Shown: positions 19,360-29,279, counted from the first letter of the stretch. The stretch is 32,666 nucleotides of DNA from an uncultured Granulicatella sp. (GCA_900551535.1 URWJ01000001.1:1-32666), one strand, 5' to 3'. Numbers and translations: made by a program. Notes: generated from the letters alone by a model not told the origin.

Positions 19360-19402
19360 AAACCTTCCATGGGATTTGAAGAGAGTCCCATGGAAGGTTT
19401 TT
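19360..19402 (+). terminator. Intrinsic terminator after alaS
   Basis: AAACCTTCCATGGGA...TCCCATGGAAGGTTT followed by Ts. Confidence 0.9.
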
Positions 19403-19455
19403 GATTTAAAAGCAAAGGAAAGGCTTTCTAAATGTTAAGAATCGGTAAGTATCAA

Positions 19456-19484
19456 TTGTAGTTTTACCTAAAATCTTGTAAAAT
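19456..19484 (+). promoter_or_regulatory. Putative promoter of ireB-ruvX-DUF1292
   Basis: TTGTAG-17 bp-TAAAAT. Confidence 0.6.
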
Positions 19485-19513
19485 AGGTATATATATTGAA
19501 ATGAGGTGTCGCT

Positions 19514-19780
19514 ATGAGTTCAATAGATGAAACAGTCCTATTTAAATTTAATGAAAAGGACGAAAAAACCGTTCAAGAAACATTAACCATCGTTTATGAT
19601 GCGTTGAATGAGAAGGGATATAGTTCGATTAACCAAATCGTAGGATACTTGTTATCTGGAGACCCAGCTTATATTCCAAGACATCGTGATGCACGTAACC
19701 TAATTCGTCGTCACGAAAGAGATGAGATTTTGGAAGAACTCATTAGACATTATATCCGCTCAACAGGAAGAGATGCCTAG
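19514..19780 (+). CDS. ireB: IreB/ReoM-family regulatory phosphoprotein (UPF0297)
   Basis: [18 protein letters not shown] motif; conserved Thr7 (DET); located downstream of alaS. Confidence 0.95.
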   Translation: MSSIDETVLFKFNEKDEKTVQETLTIVYDALNEKGYSSINQIVGYLLSGDPAYIPRHRDARNLIRRHERDEILEELIRHYIRSTGRDA

Positions 19781-19781
19781 T

Positions 19782-20207
19782 ATGAGATTAATGGGATTAG
19801 ATGTCGGAAGTAAAACTGTGGGCGTTGCCGTTAGTGATTTAATGGGATGGACTGCTCAAGGGGTTGAAACGATTCCGATTAATGAGAATGCTTCAGAGTT
19901 TGGGTTTAAACGTGTTGTCGAGTTAGTGGAAGAGTATGGCGTTGAAAAGATCGTCATCGGTCTACCAAAGAACATGAATAATACGGAAGGACCACGTGTA
20001 GAAGCGTCCCGTCGTTATGGTGCAAGCCTAGAGAAACGACTAGAAATTCCAATCGTCTATCATGACGAAAGACTCACGACGATGCAGGCGGAACGAATGC
20101 TTGTCGAAGAGGGTAATGTTTCAAGAAAGAAACGCAAACAAGTCATTGATATGCTAGCTGCAGTCATGATTTTGCAAAACTATTTAGATTTAAATGGAAA
20201 TCAATAA
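19782..20207 (+). CDS. ruvX: YqgF/RuvX-family nuclease
   Basis: [32 protein letters not shown] and ID..AAVMILQ motifs; start trimmed to ATG 19782. Confidence 0.95.
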   Translation: MRLMGLDVGSKTVGVAVSDLMGWTAQGVETIPINENASEFGFKRVVELVEEYGVEKIVIGLPKNMNNTEGPRVEASRRYGASLEKRLEIPIVYHDERLTTMQAERMLVEEGNVSRKKRKQVIDMLAAVMILQNYLDLNGNQ

Positions 20208-20227
20208 CAAAGGAAAGAGGAAAGAAA

Positions 20228-20551
20228 ATGACAGAACATCACGATCACGATCATGAACATGATCACTTAGAAGGCCACGAAGGTCACGAACATATTACAA
20301 TCATCGACGAAGAAGGAAATGAAATTTTACACGAAGTATTATTCACTTTCGAATCTGATGATTTCAACAAATCATATGTCTTATGCTACCCAGCAGGAAT
20401 TCCTGAAGGAGAAGAAGTAGAATTACAAGCATTCTCATATGTTGAAGGCGAAGATGGAACGGACGGCCAATTAAACCCAATTGAAACAGAAGCTGAATGG
20501 GATATGGTTGAAGAAGTATTAAACACATTCTTAGCTGAAGAAGATTTATAA
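20228..20551 (+). CDS. DUF1292 (UPF0473/YrzB) acidic protein with His-rich N-terminus
   Basis: [10 protein letters not shown]...[18 protein letters not shown]; conserved position after ruvX. Confidence 0.9.
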   Translation: MTEHHDHDHEHDHLEGHEGHEHITIIDEEGNEILHEVLFTFESDDFNKSYVLCYPAGIPEGEEVELQAFSYVEGEDGTDGQLNPIETEAEWDMVEEVLNTFLAEEDL

Positions 20552-20560
20552 TCAATAATA

Positions 20561-20590
20561 GAGCTTGGGGGAAACCTCAAGCTTTTTTTG
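20561..20590 (+). terminator. Intrinsic terminator
   Basis: GAGCTTGGGG-gaaa-CCTCAAGCTT followed by a T run. Confidence 0.85.
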
Positions 20591-20696
20591 TTGCAGAGGC
20601 ACTCTTTATGATTGACTTTCTTCATTTTTCAATAAGAATGAGGTATAATAACTACAACTATGGGTATCATTTGATGCCAATTTAAGGGGGAAGACA

Positions 20697-21842
20697 ATGT
20701 CTCAAGAAGAACATAAAAAACATTCCTTAATTTCTGATACGGATACGAAACGCGATATTCGTAAAAAGGAAACTTCTATTATCAAAAAGATAATGAAATA
20801 TTTTATGATTGCACTTTTAGTAATTGTCCTAGTAGGGGGATTCTTTACTTGGAATTACATTAAAGGAGAAACACAACCAGTTGATACAGCTCAAACAGAA
20901 CTTGTTTCATTTGAAATTGAACAAGGCGCATCTGTCAAAGAAGTATCAAAAGCACTTGAAAAAGAAGGGATTATCCGTAATTCGAAACTCTTTAATTTCT
21001 ATTTGAAATTCAAAAACGTTTCTGGATTTAAATCAGGATTGTACCATGTTTCTAAAAGCATGACACTCGACGAAATTATTGCGGAACTTTCTGGTCAAGG
21101 GAAAGATAAAGATCAAAACGCGACTAAAGTTCTGATTCGTGAAGGGGAACAATTAACAGAAATCGCCAAAGAAGTTGAAAAATCAACAAAATACTCTGCC
21201 GAAGATTTCATGGCAAAAGTTCAAGACGAAGATTTCTTACGTTATTTAGTTCAAAAATTCCCGAAATTATTGACGCAATCGTATAATGGCTACCAAGTGA
21301 AATATGTACTTGAAGGATACTTATTCCCAGCGACATATGATATGAATGACTCAAAAACACTTCAAATGTTAATTACAGAAATGGTTGCTAAAACAGATGA
21401 AGTTATGTCGAAATACTACGATAAGATTTTAGCAAGCGATTATACATTGCAAGAAATTATGGCAATGGCTTCTTTAATTGAAAAAGAAGGGACTAAACTT
21501 GAAGACCGTAAGAAAATCTCTAGTGTATTCCACAATCGTATTAAAGAGAATATGATGCTTCAAACAGACGTATCTGTTCAATATGCATTAGGCGAACATA
21601 AAGAAGCTCTTTCTTTAGAAGATTTAGAAGTAGATTCTCCATATAATCTTTATAAAAACTATGGCGTAGGTCCTGGACCTTATAACAGCCCAAGTGAGGA
21701 TGCCATTGTTGCAGCGATGGAACCGGCTGATACAGAGTACTTATACTTCCTGGCAGATATTCATACGAAAGAAATCTACTACGCGAAAACGTATGAGGAA
21801 CATTTAGAGTTGAAAGCTAAGTATATTGATAATAAGGAGTAG
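20697..21842 (+). CDS. mltG: Endolytic transglycosylase MltG (YceG family)
   Basis: TM anchor; LEGYLFPATY; ASLIEKE catalytic Glu; SPYNLY; YLYF. Confidence 0.95.
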   Translation: MSQEEHKKHSLISDTDTKRDIRKKETSIIKKIMKYFMIALLVIVLVGGFFTWNYIKGETQPVDTAQTELVSFEIEQGASVKEVSKALEKEGIIRNSKLFNFYLKFKNVSGFKSGLYHVSKSMTLDEIIAELSGQGKDKDQNATKVLIREGEQLTEIAKEVEKSTKYSAEDFMAKVQDEDFLRYLVQKFPKLLTQSYNGYQVKYVLEGYLFPATYDMNDSKTLQMLITEMVAKTDEVMSKYYDKILASDYTLQEIMAMASLIEKEGTKLEDRKKISSVFHNRIKENMMLQTDVSVQYALGEHKEALSLEDLEVDSPYNLYKNYGVGPGPYNSPSEDAIVAAMEPADTEYLYFLADIHTKEIYYAKTYEEHLELKAKYIDNKE

Positions 21843-21845
21843 GCC

Positions 21846-22475
21846 ATGGAAAAGAAAAAGCCAATCGTTATCGGAGTTACAGGTGGTTCTGGTAGTGGGA
21901 AAACAAGTGTAAGTCGAGCGATTTTTAATCAATTTTCTGGTCATTCGATTTTGTTGTTAGAGCAAGATTTTTACTATAAGGATCAAAGTCAATTAGACTT
22001 TACAGAGCGATTAAAAACAAACTATGACCATCCGTTTGCTTTTGATACTGACTTAATGATTCAACATGTTTTGGATTTAATTGCCTATAAGTCAATTGAA
22101 AAACCGGTTTATGATTATGCTGCCCATACGAGAAGTGACCAAATTGTTTTGCAAGAGCCGAAAGAAGTCATCATTATTGAAGGAATATTGATTTTAGAAG
22201 ATAGTCGCTTGCGTGAATTGATGGATATAAAATTATATGTTGATACAGATGATGATATTCGCATCATTCGTCGGATTAAGCGAGATATGGAAGAAAGAGG
22301 GCGTACTCTGGATTCTGTTATTGATCAATATTTAAGTGTGGTAAAACCAATGTATCATCAATTTATTGAACCAACAAAAAAATATGCAGATTTGATTATT
22401 CCAGAAGGTGGACAGAATCAAGTTGCTATTGATTTGATGACAACAAAAATTAGTTCGATTTTGAACAATCAATAA
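21846..22475 (+). CDS. udk: Uridine kinase
   Basis: [27 protein letters not shown] and [12 protein letters not shown] motifs. Confidence 0.97.
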   Translation: MEKKKPIVIGVTGGSGSGKTSVSRAIFNQFSGHSILLLEQDFYYKDQSQLDFTERLKTNYDHPFAFDTDLMIQHVLDLIAYKSIEKPVYDYAAHTRSDQIVLQEPKEVIIIEGILILEDSRLRELMDIKLYVDTDDDIRIIRRIKRDMEERGRTLDSVIDQYLSVVKPMYHQFIEPTKKYADLIIPEGGQNQVAIDLMTTKISSILNNQ

Positions 22476-22503
22476 GAAAATAAAAAAATTAAGCATGTTG
22501 TTG

Positions 22504-22532
22504 TTTACAATTGACCAACTTCATGGTATCTT
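22504..22532 (+). promoter_or_regulatory. Putative promoter of greA
   Basis: TTTACA-17 bp-TATCTT with an extended TG. Confidence 0.5.
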
Positions 22533-22633
22533 TGCACTATTAAAAAATAAATTAGTACGCTTTCAAAAATAAATGGAAGTATTGCATTATCTGTAACTAT
22601 ACAGATGAATTGAAGAAGGAGAGTTAATTAATC

Positions 22634-23104
22634 ATGGTAGAAAAAGTTTATCCAATGACATTAGAAGGAAAAGAAAAATTAGAAAAAGAATTAGAAGAAC
22701 TAATTACAGTAAAAAGAAAAGAAATTGTTGAACGTATTAAAATTGCTAGAAGTTTTGGGGACTTATCTGAGAATTCAGAATATGAGTCAGCTAAAGACGA
22801 GCAAGCATTCGTAGAAGGTCGAATTACATCAATTGAAAACATGATTCGCCTTTCGCAAATAATTGATAGTAATAATGATAAGAACACAGTGTCGTTAGGT
22901 CACACTGTTACATTTATAGAATTGCCAGATGGTGAGGAAGAAGTATACACAATTGTAGGAAGCGCTGAAGCGGATCCGTTTTCTGGAAAAATTTCAAATG
23001 ATTCGCCAATTGCGAAGGCTTTGCTTGGTAAAAGTATCAATGACAAAGTTTTAATTGCGACTCCAGGTGGAAATATGGAAGTCAAGATTGTTAAAATAGC
23101 TTAA
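22634..23104 (+). CDS. greA: Transcription elongation factor GreA
   Basis: [17 protein letters not shown] and [13 protein letters not shown] motifs. Confidence 0.98.
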   Translation: MVEKVYPMTLEGKEKLEKELEELITVKRKEIVERIKIARSFGDLSENSEYESAKDEQAFVEGRITSIENMIRLSQIIDSNNDKNTVSLGHTVTFIELPDGEEEVYTIVGSAEADPFSGKISNDSPIAKALLGKSINDKVLIATPGGNMEVKIVKIA

Positions 23105-23146
23105 GCACCTTCTGCTATTACCTTTGAAAAGAAAATTAATGAAGCG

Positions 23147-23176
23147 AAGCTGCTCAACAGGGGCAGCTTTTGTTTT
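23147..23176 (+). terminator. Intrinsic terminator after greA
   Basis: AAGCTGCTC-aacag-GGGCAGCTT followed by TTGTTTT. Confidence 0.8.
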
Positions 23177-23213
23177 GCTATGGTTCTTGTTGATTTGTCA
23201 TGGTTCTTGTTGC
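23174..23213. repeat. Imperfect 20-bp tandem repeat (2 copies)
   Basis: TTTGCTATGGTTCTTGTTGA / TTTGTCATGGTTCTTGTTGC; identical 13-bp core ATGGTTCTTGTTG at 23180 and 23200. Confidence 0.85.
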
Positions 23214-23345
23214 TTTAGCAACTTAGAAACATGATACACATCCATCAAAGATGGACTGTGTTCCTTTTATGAAAACACAGTATGCATCGGTCCGAAAGGG
23301 GCGATGTAATCTGGAAATTTTGGTTTCTTAGGTAATAACTAAATA

Positions 23346-23361
23346 TCAGACTATAGTCGTA
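23346..23361. promoter_or_regulatory. Probable LiaR/CesR binding site upstream of liaFSR
   Basis: TCAGACT-AT-AGTCGTA versus the CesR/LiaR-type consensus TCAGHCT-nn-AGDCTGA (2 mismatches). Downstream -10 TATACT at 23408-23413 has a poor -35. Confidence 0.7.
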
Positions 23362-23445
23362 GATTAACTTCATGCTTTAGCACACTGTTTAATAACAGAA
23401 AAATGACTATACTAGAGATAGAATAAGAAGTAAAGGAGAGAGGAT

Positions 23446-24189
23446 ATGAATAATAAATGGAAATTATTTATCCTTGCCGAGTGTTTATTGCTAATCGGTT
23501 TAGTTTATCAGATTTTTAGCGCAGTGCCGTTATTAATAGCGTTCATTTTAGGTGCTGGTTTATTTGCTTGGAGTCTTAAAAATAAATTTCAAAAAAAACG
23601 ATCAAATAGTTTTTGGATTGTTCTTGGCAGTTTATTAATGATTTTTGTTCTTCTATCTTCCAGTGCTTTTTGGGCGATTATTATTATAGGTGTTGTTTTC
23701 TTCATCGGTAATGGTAGCGATATGTTTACCAATATGAAATCGAATGATTTTTCTAAGGCACCTTGGAAAAATAAAGAGATGATCATTGTTGAAACATCTG
23801 GAGCTGTTAAAAAAAATAATAAACGCATGAAACGACCTTGGATAGGAAATGAACGAATTGGAAATTCTGTTTATGAATGGGATGATATCAACTTTTCAAT
23901 TTTTGCTGGTGATACAATTATCGATTTAGGTAACACCTTACTACCAAAGGATGAGAGTTATGTAGTTATTCGTAAAGGGTTTGGCAAGACGCGTATATTA
24001 GTTCCTGTTGGTGTTGGAATTATGATTGAGCACAGTGCTATTTCAGGTAAAATTAAGTTTGAAGGTGAGTTTTTCTCACTTAAAAATGAATCTGTTAAGT
24101 TATACAGTGAGCAGTATGAAGAAAGTACACGTAAAATTAAAATTATAACAAATATCTTAATTGGTGACTTAGAGGTGATTGGAATATGA
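23446..24189 (+). CDS. liaF: Cell-wall antibiotic response protein LiaF
   Basis: N-terminal TM helices; YEWDDIN...GDTIIDLGNTLLP...GDLEV C-terminal domain; upstream of HK and RR genes. Confidence 0.92.
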   Translation: MNNKWKLFILAECLLLIGLVYQIFSAVPLLIAFILGAGLFAWSLKNKFQKKRSNSFWIVLGSLLMIFVLLSSSAFWAIIIIGVVFFIGNGSDMFTNMKSNDFSKAPWKNKEMIIVETSGAVKKNNKRMKRPWIGNERIGNSVYEWDDINFSIFAGDTIIDLGNTLLPKDESYVVIRKGFGKTRILVPVGVGIMIEHSAISGKIKFEGEFFSLKNESVKLYSEQYEESTRKIKIITNILIGDLEVIGI

Positions 24190-25262
24190 AAAAAGCTTCA
24201 AACCAAAAGCTATTTCTTTCAGTCTCCTTTTTTTCTTTTATCATTATGTTATTAATTTCAATTGCTTATGGCTCTGCAATTTCAAAAAATGCTTGGTACA
24301 TTGATTTAATCTCATTAAAAATTTTGTACATTCCTTTTTTAGTATATTTGGTTGCTTTTTCTTTGATTATTGGTTTAGCCGTTTCAATGGTTATTTATTT
24401 CATCAATCAAAAGAAGTTTGAGCAAATTGAGAATGAATTACAGTCTTTAGCCGAGGGAAATTATGAAAGTTTTATTTTTGAACAAAGAAAAGTTGACTTA
24501 GAGAATACAACTGTTTATCAGGAAGATATTGAAAAACATATCTTAGTTGTTAGAGATAAGTTGTTGGAATTGTCTAAAGAGGTTCAAATCAATGGAAATC
24601 AGCCGAAATTAGTCGATGGTGAGACCAAAGAAGAGATTTTAACCCAAGAGCGTCATCGCTTAGCAAGAGAGCTTCATGACTCTGTTAGCCAGCAATTATT
24701 CGCTGCCATGATGTTACTGTCTGCATTGAACGAACAAGCATCGGTTAATACAAACGAACTCTTTCAAAAGCAATTAAAAATGGTAGAAAGTATCATTAAT
24801 GAATCTCAATCGGAAATGCGTGCTTTACTATTGCACTTACGTCCGATTAGTTTAGAAGGTAAGACCTTAAGAAAAGGAATTGAACAATTATTAATTGAAT
24901 TAAAATCAAAAGTTCAGATTTTGCTAAAGTGGGAAGTTGATGATATTTATTTACCCAATGGAGTTGAAGACCATTTATTTAGAATCGTACAGGAGTTGCT
25001 CTCTAATACGTTACGGCATTCAAAAGCTAAAGAGCTTGAAGTTTATTTGAAACAAATAGACCAATCAGTGCTTTTAAAAGTAATTGATGATGGTGTTGGT
25101 TTTGACACAAGCGAAACTAAAGCTGGTAACTATGGGTTACAAAATATTAAAGAACGTGTTTCAGGAATGGGTGGAACATGTAAATTTATTAGTTTTCCTG
25201 GCAAAGGCACGAGTATCGAAATTAAAATACCAATAATAAAGGGGAGTGAATTGAATGATTAA
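24186..25262 (+). CDS. liaS: Sensor histidine kinase LiaS
   Basis: [19 protein letters not shown] (HisKA_3); [16 protein letters not shown]. Confidence 0.95.
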   Translation: MKKASNQKLFLSVSFFSFIIMLLISIAYGSAISKNAWYIDLISLKILYIPFLVYLVAFSLIIGLAVSMVIYFINQKKFEQIENELQSLAEGNYESFIFEQRKVDLENTTVYQEDIEKHILVVRDKLLELSKEVQINGNQPKLVDGETKEEILTQERHRLARELHDSVSQQLFAAMMLLSALNEQASVNTNELFQKQLKMVESIINESQSEMRALLLHLRPISLEGKTLRKGIEQLLIELKSKVQILLKWEVDDIYLPNGVEDHLFRIVQELLSNTLRHSKAKELEVYLKQIDQSVLLKVIDDGVGFDTSETKAGNYGLQNIKERVSGMGGTCKFISFPGKGTSIEIKIPIIKGSELND

Positions 25263-25887
25263 AGTATTATTGATTGATGATCACGAGATGGTTAGATTAG
25301 GTGTTTCTGCCTATTTATCTATTCAAGAGGACATTGAAGTCATTGGTGAAGCTGAAAACGGTCAAATTGGATATGAGAAAGCTTTAGAGCTAAGACCAGA
25401 TGTTATTATGATGGACTTAGTTATGGATGTTATGGACGGAATTGAGTCAACGAAGGCAATCTTAAAAGACTGGCCAGAAGCTAGAATTATTATTGTGACT
25501 AGTTTTATTGATGACGAAAAAGTCTATCCAGCTTTAGAGGCAGGAGCATCAAGTTATATGTTGAAAACATCAACGGCAGGAGAAATTGCCAATGCGATTC
25601 GTTCTACATATGCGGGAGAATCGATTTTGGAACCTGAAGTGACTGGCAAAATGATGGAACGCTTTACTAAAAAGAAAGAACCTGTATTGCATGATGATTT
25701 AACCAATCGTGAACAAGAAATTTTACTGTTAATTGCTCAAGGAAATTCCAATCAAGAAATTGCGGACCAATTATTTATTACTTTAAAAACGGTTAAAACA
25801 CACGTATCTAATATATTAGCTAAATTAGATGTTGAGGATCGCACACAAGCAGCTATCTATGCATTCAAACATCATTTAATTGAATGA
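25255..25887 (+). CDS. liaR: NarL-family response regulator LiaR
   Basis: DDHEMVRLG receiver start; LuxR-type [17 protein letters not shown]. Confidence 0.95.
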   Translation: MIKVLLIDDHEMVRLGVSAYLSIQEDIEVIGEAENGQIGYEKALELRPDVIMMDLVMDVMDGIESTKAILKDWPEARIIIVTSFIDDEKVYPALEAGASSYMLKTSTAGEIANAIRSTYAGESILEPEVTGKMMERFTKKKEPVLHDDLTNREQEILLLIAQGNSNQEIADQLFITLKTVKTHVSNILAKLDVEDRTQAAIYAFKHHLIE

Positions 25888-25892
25888 TTCAT

Positions 25893-25937
25893 AGAACAAG
25901 ACAAAGGATGATTCTATTTTTGTTTCGTTCTTTTTTT
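25893..25937 (+). terminator. Possible terminator after liaR
   Basis: Imperfect stem AGAACAAGACAAA...TTTGTTTCGTTCT followed by a T run; abuts an extended -10 TGTTATACT for the next gene. Confidence 0.5.
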
Positions 25938-26004
25938 GTTATACTGAAGTAGATTAAGTTTTCAGTCAAAAAATAATGAAAAGTGAAAGCAGAAGGTGTA
26001 AAAA

Positions 26005-26664
26005 ATGAAAAAGAACTTTGCGATTATTGGCTTAGGAAGATTTGGCGGGAGTATTTGCCGAACTTTGATTGAGGCAGGACAAGATGTTTTAGTTATCGAT
26101 TCTAGTGAAGATCGGGTCAATGAATTTATGAATATTGCGACCCATGCAGTAGTAGCTAACGCTCAAGATGAGAGTGTTTTACGTTCGTTAGGTATCCGTA
26201 ATTTTGACCATGTTGTTGTGGCAATTGGTGAAGATATCCAGGCAAGTATTTTAGCTACTTTAATGATTAAAGAAATGGGTGTGCCTTTTGTTACGGCAAA
26301 AGCTCAAAATGAATATCACGGGCAAGTGCTAGAAAAAGTTGGAGCTGACCATGTTGTCCATCCTGAAAGGGATATGGGAATTAGAATTGGGCATCATCTC
26401 GTTTCAAAGAATGTTGTCGATTATTTAGAACTATCTGATAAATACTCACTAGTTGAGTTAAAGGTAACCAATTCTAAATTTTATAATAAATCTTTGGCTG
26501 ATCTGGATTTTAGAGCGAAATTTGGACTGACTGTTATTGGAATGCGTCGTGGGCAAGAAATGATTATTTCACCTACAGCGGACGAAAAGATTCAAGAAAA
26601 TGATACGTTGATGTTAGTTGGCGCGGTAGATGATTTAGATCGTTTAGAAGCTAAAATGCCTTAG
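26005..26664 (+). CDS. ktrA: KtrA/KtrC (TrkA-family) potassium uptake regulatory subunit
   Basis: FAIIGLGRFG Rossmann motif; GADHVVHPERDMG; RCK_C domain. Confidence 0.9.
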   Translation: MKKNFAIIGLGRFGGSICRTLIEAGQDVLVIDSSEDRVNEFMNIATHAVVANAQDESVLRSLGIRNFDHVVVAIGEDIQASILATLMIKEMGVPFVTAKAQNEYHGQVLEKVGADHVVHPERDMGIRIGHHLVSKNVVDYLELSDKYSLVELKVTNSKFYNKSLADLDFRAKFGLTVIGMRRGQEMIISPTADEKIQENDTLMLVGAVDDLDRLEAKMP

Positions 26665-26906
26665 TAAAATACAAAACTGTATTTAAAATTTATCAATGAT
26701 TACTAGTGAATCAAGATTTTTCTTTTAATTTAAATGTAAGAGTGCATTTCACAAACAGAAGAATGTGGTTTTTAATTTATTTGTGCTAAAATAGAGAAGT
26801 GAACATATTAAGGTCAATTTGACTGACTAACTTGTTGAATGAAAAGTTAGAATGTGAAATGTGAAGGGAGGAATCACAGAGAATTAATTTCTGTGAGTAT
26901 AAATAG

Positions 26907-27197
26907 ATGAAAATTGAAATTACAGAACGCGCAAAAAAATGGTTTGTAGATGAAGTTGGTGTTTCAAGCGGAGATGCTGTTCGTTTTTTTGGTAAATACG
27001 GTGGATCTAGTCCAATTCAAACAGGTTTTTCTTTAGGTATAGATTTAACAGAACCCCAAACACCGCTAGGAAAAATTGAATTAGATGGTGTAACTTATTT
27101 TGTTGAGGAAGCAGATGAGTGGTATTTCAGAGGTCATAATTTAAAAGTAGATTATAATGAACAAGTTGACGAACCAAGTTATGAGTATGTTCAATAA
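26907..27197 (+). CDS. HesB/YadR/YfhF-family (YneR-like) small protein
   Basis: ITERAKKWF...VRFFGKYGG...GFSLG...DEWYF pattern; lacks the Fe-S cysteines. Confidence 0.85.
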   Translation: MKIEITERAKKWFVDEVGVSSGDAVRFFGKYGGSSPIQTGFSLGIDLTEPQTPLGKIELDGVTYFVEEADEWYFRGHNLKVDYNEQVDEPSYEYVQ

Positions 27198-27209
27198 GTA
27201 AAAAAATAA

Positions 27210-27254
27210 AAAAGAGCACCTTTAGGTTTTGGAAAAACTAAAGGTGTTCTTTTT
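27210..27254. terminator. Intrinsic terminator (bidirectional-type) after the HesB-like gene
   Basis: AAAAGAGCACCTTTAG...CTAAAGGTGTTCTTTT with flanking A and T tracts. Confidence 0.85.
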
Positions 27255-27347
27255 CTATAAGTTCAAAAGAGCTAGAACAAAAGGTTTTATAATTCCTAAA
27301 AACTAAATTGGGTCTTAATTTAGTTCGTTCTCTTTTATGGACTAAAT

Positions 27348-27382
27348 AAAAACCATTTAAGCATTTGCTTAAATGGTTTTTT
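27348..27382 (-). terminator. Intrinsic terminator of rnjA
   Basis: Perfect inverted repeat AAAAACCATTTAAGCA-tt-TGCTTAAATGGTTTTT just past the rnjA stop. Confidence 0.85.
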
Positions 27383-27389
27383 AATGAAT

Positions 27390-29063
27390 TTACACAGGCA
27401 TAATAATTGGTAAAATCATAGGGTGACGTTCAGTTTTTTCAAACAAGAACGGTTGAAGACTCCCAATAACGGTTTCTTTAATTAACTGTTCAGTCAAGTT
27501 CTCGTCAGAGCTAGTTGTTTCTCTTAACGCTCTAAAAATGACACGTTGTGCTTCATTAATTAAATCACCAGATTCACGCATATAGATGAAACCTCGTGAT
27601 AAAATATCTGGACCAGCTAAAATATCTTTTGTTTTGTAGTCAATAGTTACAACAACGACAACAAGACCTTCTTCAGAGAGGATACGGCGATCGCGAAGAA
27701 CGACATTGCCAATATCTCCAATCCCTTTTCCATCAACATAAACATCGCCAGCATTAAAATGACCAGCCATTCGAGCTGATTCAGCTGTTAAAGCTAAAAC
27801 ATCACCATTTGCTAGAATAAAAGAATTTTCACTAGGAATACCCACTTGTTTTGCTAATGTAGTATGAATTTTTTGCATTCTGAACTCACCATGAACAGGC
27901 ACAAAATATTTTGGTTTCATTAAACGTAACATCAATTTTTGTTCTTGTTGACCACCATGACCAGAAGTATGGATGTTGTTAACTTTCCCATGAATAACTT
28001 CAGCACCAGCTTCAGAGAGTAAATTGATTACACGATTTACACTAGTTGTGTTACCAGGAATTGGTGAACTAGAAAAGACAACTGTATCACCAGGTTGAAT
28101 TGAAATTTGTCTATGCGTTCCATTTGCAATTCGGCTTAATGCCGCCATTGGCTCACCTTGAGAACCTGTACAAAGAATCGTGACTTCACTAGCAGGTAGG
28201 CGATTAAGTTCTTGTGCATCCACAAAAGTATCTTCAGGAGCAGTAATATAACCTAATTGTCGACCTGTTACCATAGCTGCTTCCATGCTTCGTCCGAAAA
28301 CAGCTATTTTACGGCCTGTTCGAACAGCAGCATTTGCAACTTGTTGAAGACGAGAAATATTTGAAGCAAATGTTGCAAATATAATCCGTCCTTCAACTTT
28401 TTGAAAAATACTTGTAATCGATTCGCCAACAATCTGTTCTGACTTAGTAAAGTTTGGTACTTCAGCATTTGTACTATCAGATAGTAAAGCTAAAACACCT
28501 TCATCACCAATTTTTGCCATGCGGTGTAAATTAGCAGGTTCGCCAACTGGTGTGAAATCAAATTTGAAATCACCAGTTAAGACAATATTTCCAGGTGGTG
28601 TTTTGACAACAACACCTAAAGCATCTGGAATACTATGAGTTGTTCTAAAGAAACTTACACTTGTTTTACGGAATTTGATTACAGTATCTTCGCCAATTTG
28701 GTTTAATTCTGCATCACGTAAAAGACCATGTTCATCTAATTTATTACGGATTAAAGCGAGTGCTAAAGGACCAGCATAAATCGGAATATTTACTTGTTTT
28801 AATAGAAATGGAATACCACCAATATGATCTTCATGACCATGAGTAATAACTAAGGCTTTAACCTTATTAATATTTTGAACGATATAGCTGTAATCAGGAA
28901 TGACATAGTCAATTCCTAACAAGTCGTCTTCAGGAAACTTAATACCGGCATCCACGATGATAATTTCATCTTGAAATTGAACGCCATAGGTATTTTTACC
29001 AATTTCCCCTAACCCCCCGATACCAAAGACAGCAGCTTCATTATTTTTTATAGTTGGTTTCAT
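27390..29063 (-). CDS. rnjA: Ribonuclease J1
   Basis: GGLGEIGKN; intact [10 protein letters not shown] metallo-beta-lactamase motif; HTSGHG; VHGE; downstream of rpoY. Confidence 0.97.
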   Translation of the reverse strand: MKPTIKNNEAAVFGIGGLGEIGKNTYGVQFQDEIIIVDAGIKFPEDDLLGIDYVIPDYSYIVQNINKVKALVITHGHEDHIGGIPFLLKQVNIPIYAGPLALALIRNKLDEHGLLRDAELNQIGEDTVIKFRKTSVSFFRTTHSIPDALGVVVKTPPGNIVLTGDFKFDFTPVGEPANLHRMAKIGDEGVLALLSDSTNAEVPNFTKSEQIVGESITSIFQKVEGRIIFATFASNISRLQQVANAAVRTGRKIAVFGRSMEAAMVTGRQLGYITAPEDTFVDAQELNRLPASEVTILCTGSQGEPMAALSRIANGTHRQISIQPGDTVVFSSSPIPGNTTSVNRVINLLSEAGAEVIHGKVNNIHTSGHGGQQEQKLMLRLMKPKYFVPVHGEFRMQKIHTTLAKQVGIPSENSFILANGDVLALTAESARMAGHFNAGDVYVDGKGIGDIGNVVLRDRRILSEEGLVVVVVTIDYKTKDILAGPDILSRGFIYMRESGDLINEAQRVIFRALRETTSSDENLTEQLIKETVIGSLQPFLFEKTERHPMILPIIMPV

Positions 29064-29066
29064 GGA

Positions 29067-29279
29067 TTAAAACTCCGTAATTTCGAATTCAGGACTTTGT
29101 TGTTCATAAGCTAAATGTTTGCCTTCAACTGGTTGAACAAATTCAATATTATAAGGGGTATTTTCTTCAACTAGCTTACGTGCTTGAACGGCATCCTCTG
29201 TTTCGACATATAAAGCTTTTGTATCCTCACGTTTTGGATTGCGTCCTTTTGTTTCTTGATAAGTGATTTTAAAAATCAT
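29067..29279 (-). CDS. rpoY: RNA polymerase epsilon subunit (YkzG)
   Basis: MIFKITYQE...P.RE.T.ALY...YNIEF...HLAYE; canonical operon with rnjA. Confidence 0.93.
   Translation of the reverse strand: MIFKITYQETKGRNPKREDTKALYVETEDAVQARKLVEENTPYNIEFVQPVEGKHLAYEQQSPEFEITEF

Noticed and set aside
21842..21846. Absence of yrrM/yrrN/yrrO between mltG and udk
   Set aside because: Direct mltG-udk-greA linkage is ordinary in enterococci and relatives.
23211..23382. 10-bp direct repeat TGCTTTAGCA (23211 and 23373) as a target-site duplication or CIRCE half-site
   Set aside because: The enclosed segment contains the native LiaR box and has no terminal inverted repeats. The second CIRCE arm is absent.
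572..23828. Other short antisense or alternate-frame ORFs in the track (for example 6001-6282, 10728-11048, 11274-11513, 17326-17619, 20386-20625)
   Set aside because: All overlap well-supported genes, terminators or promoters and have no recognisable motifs.
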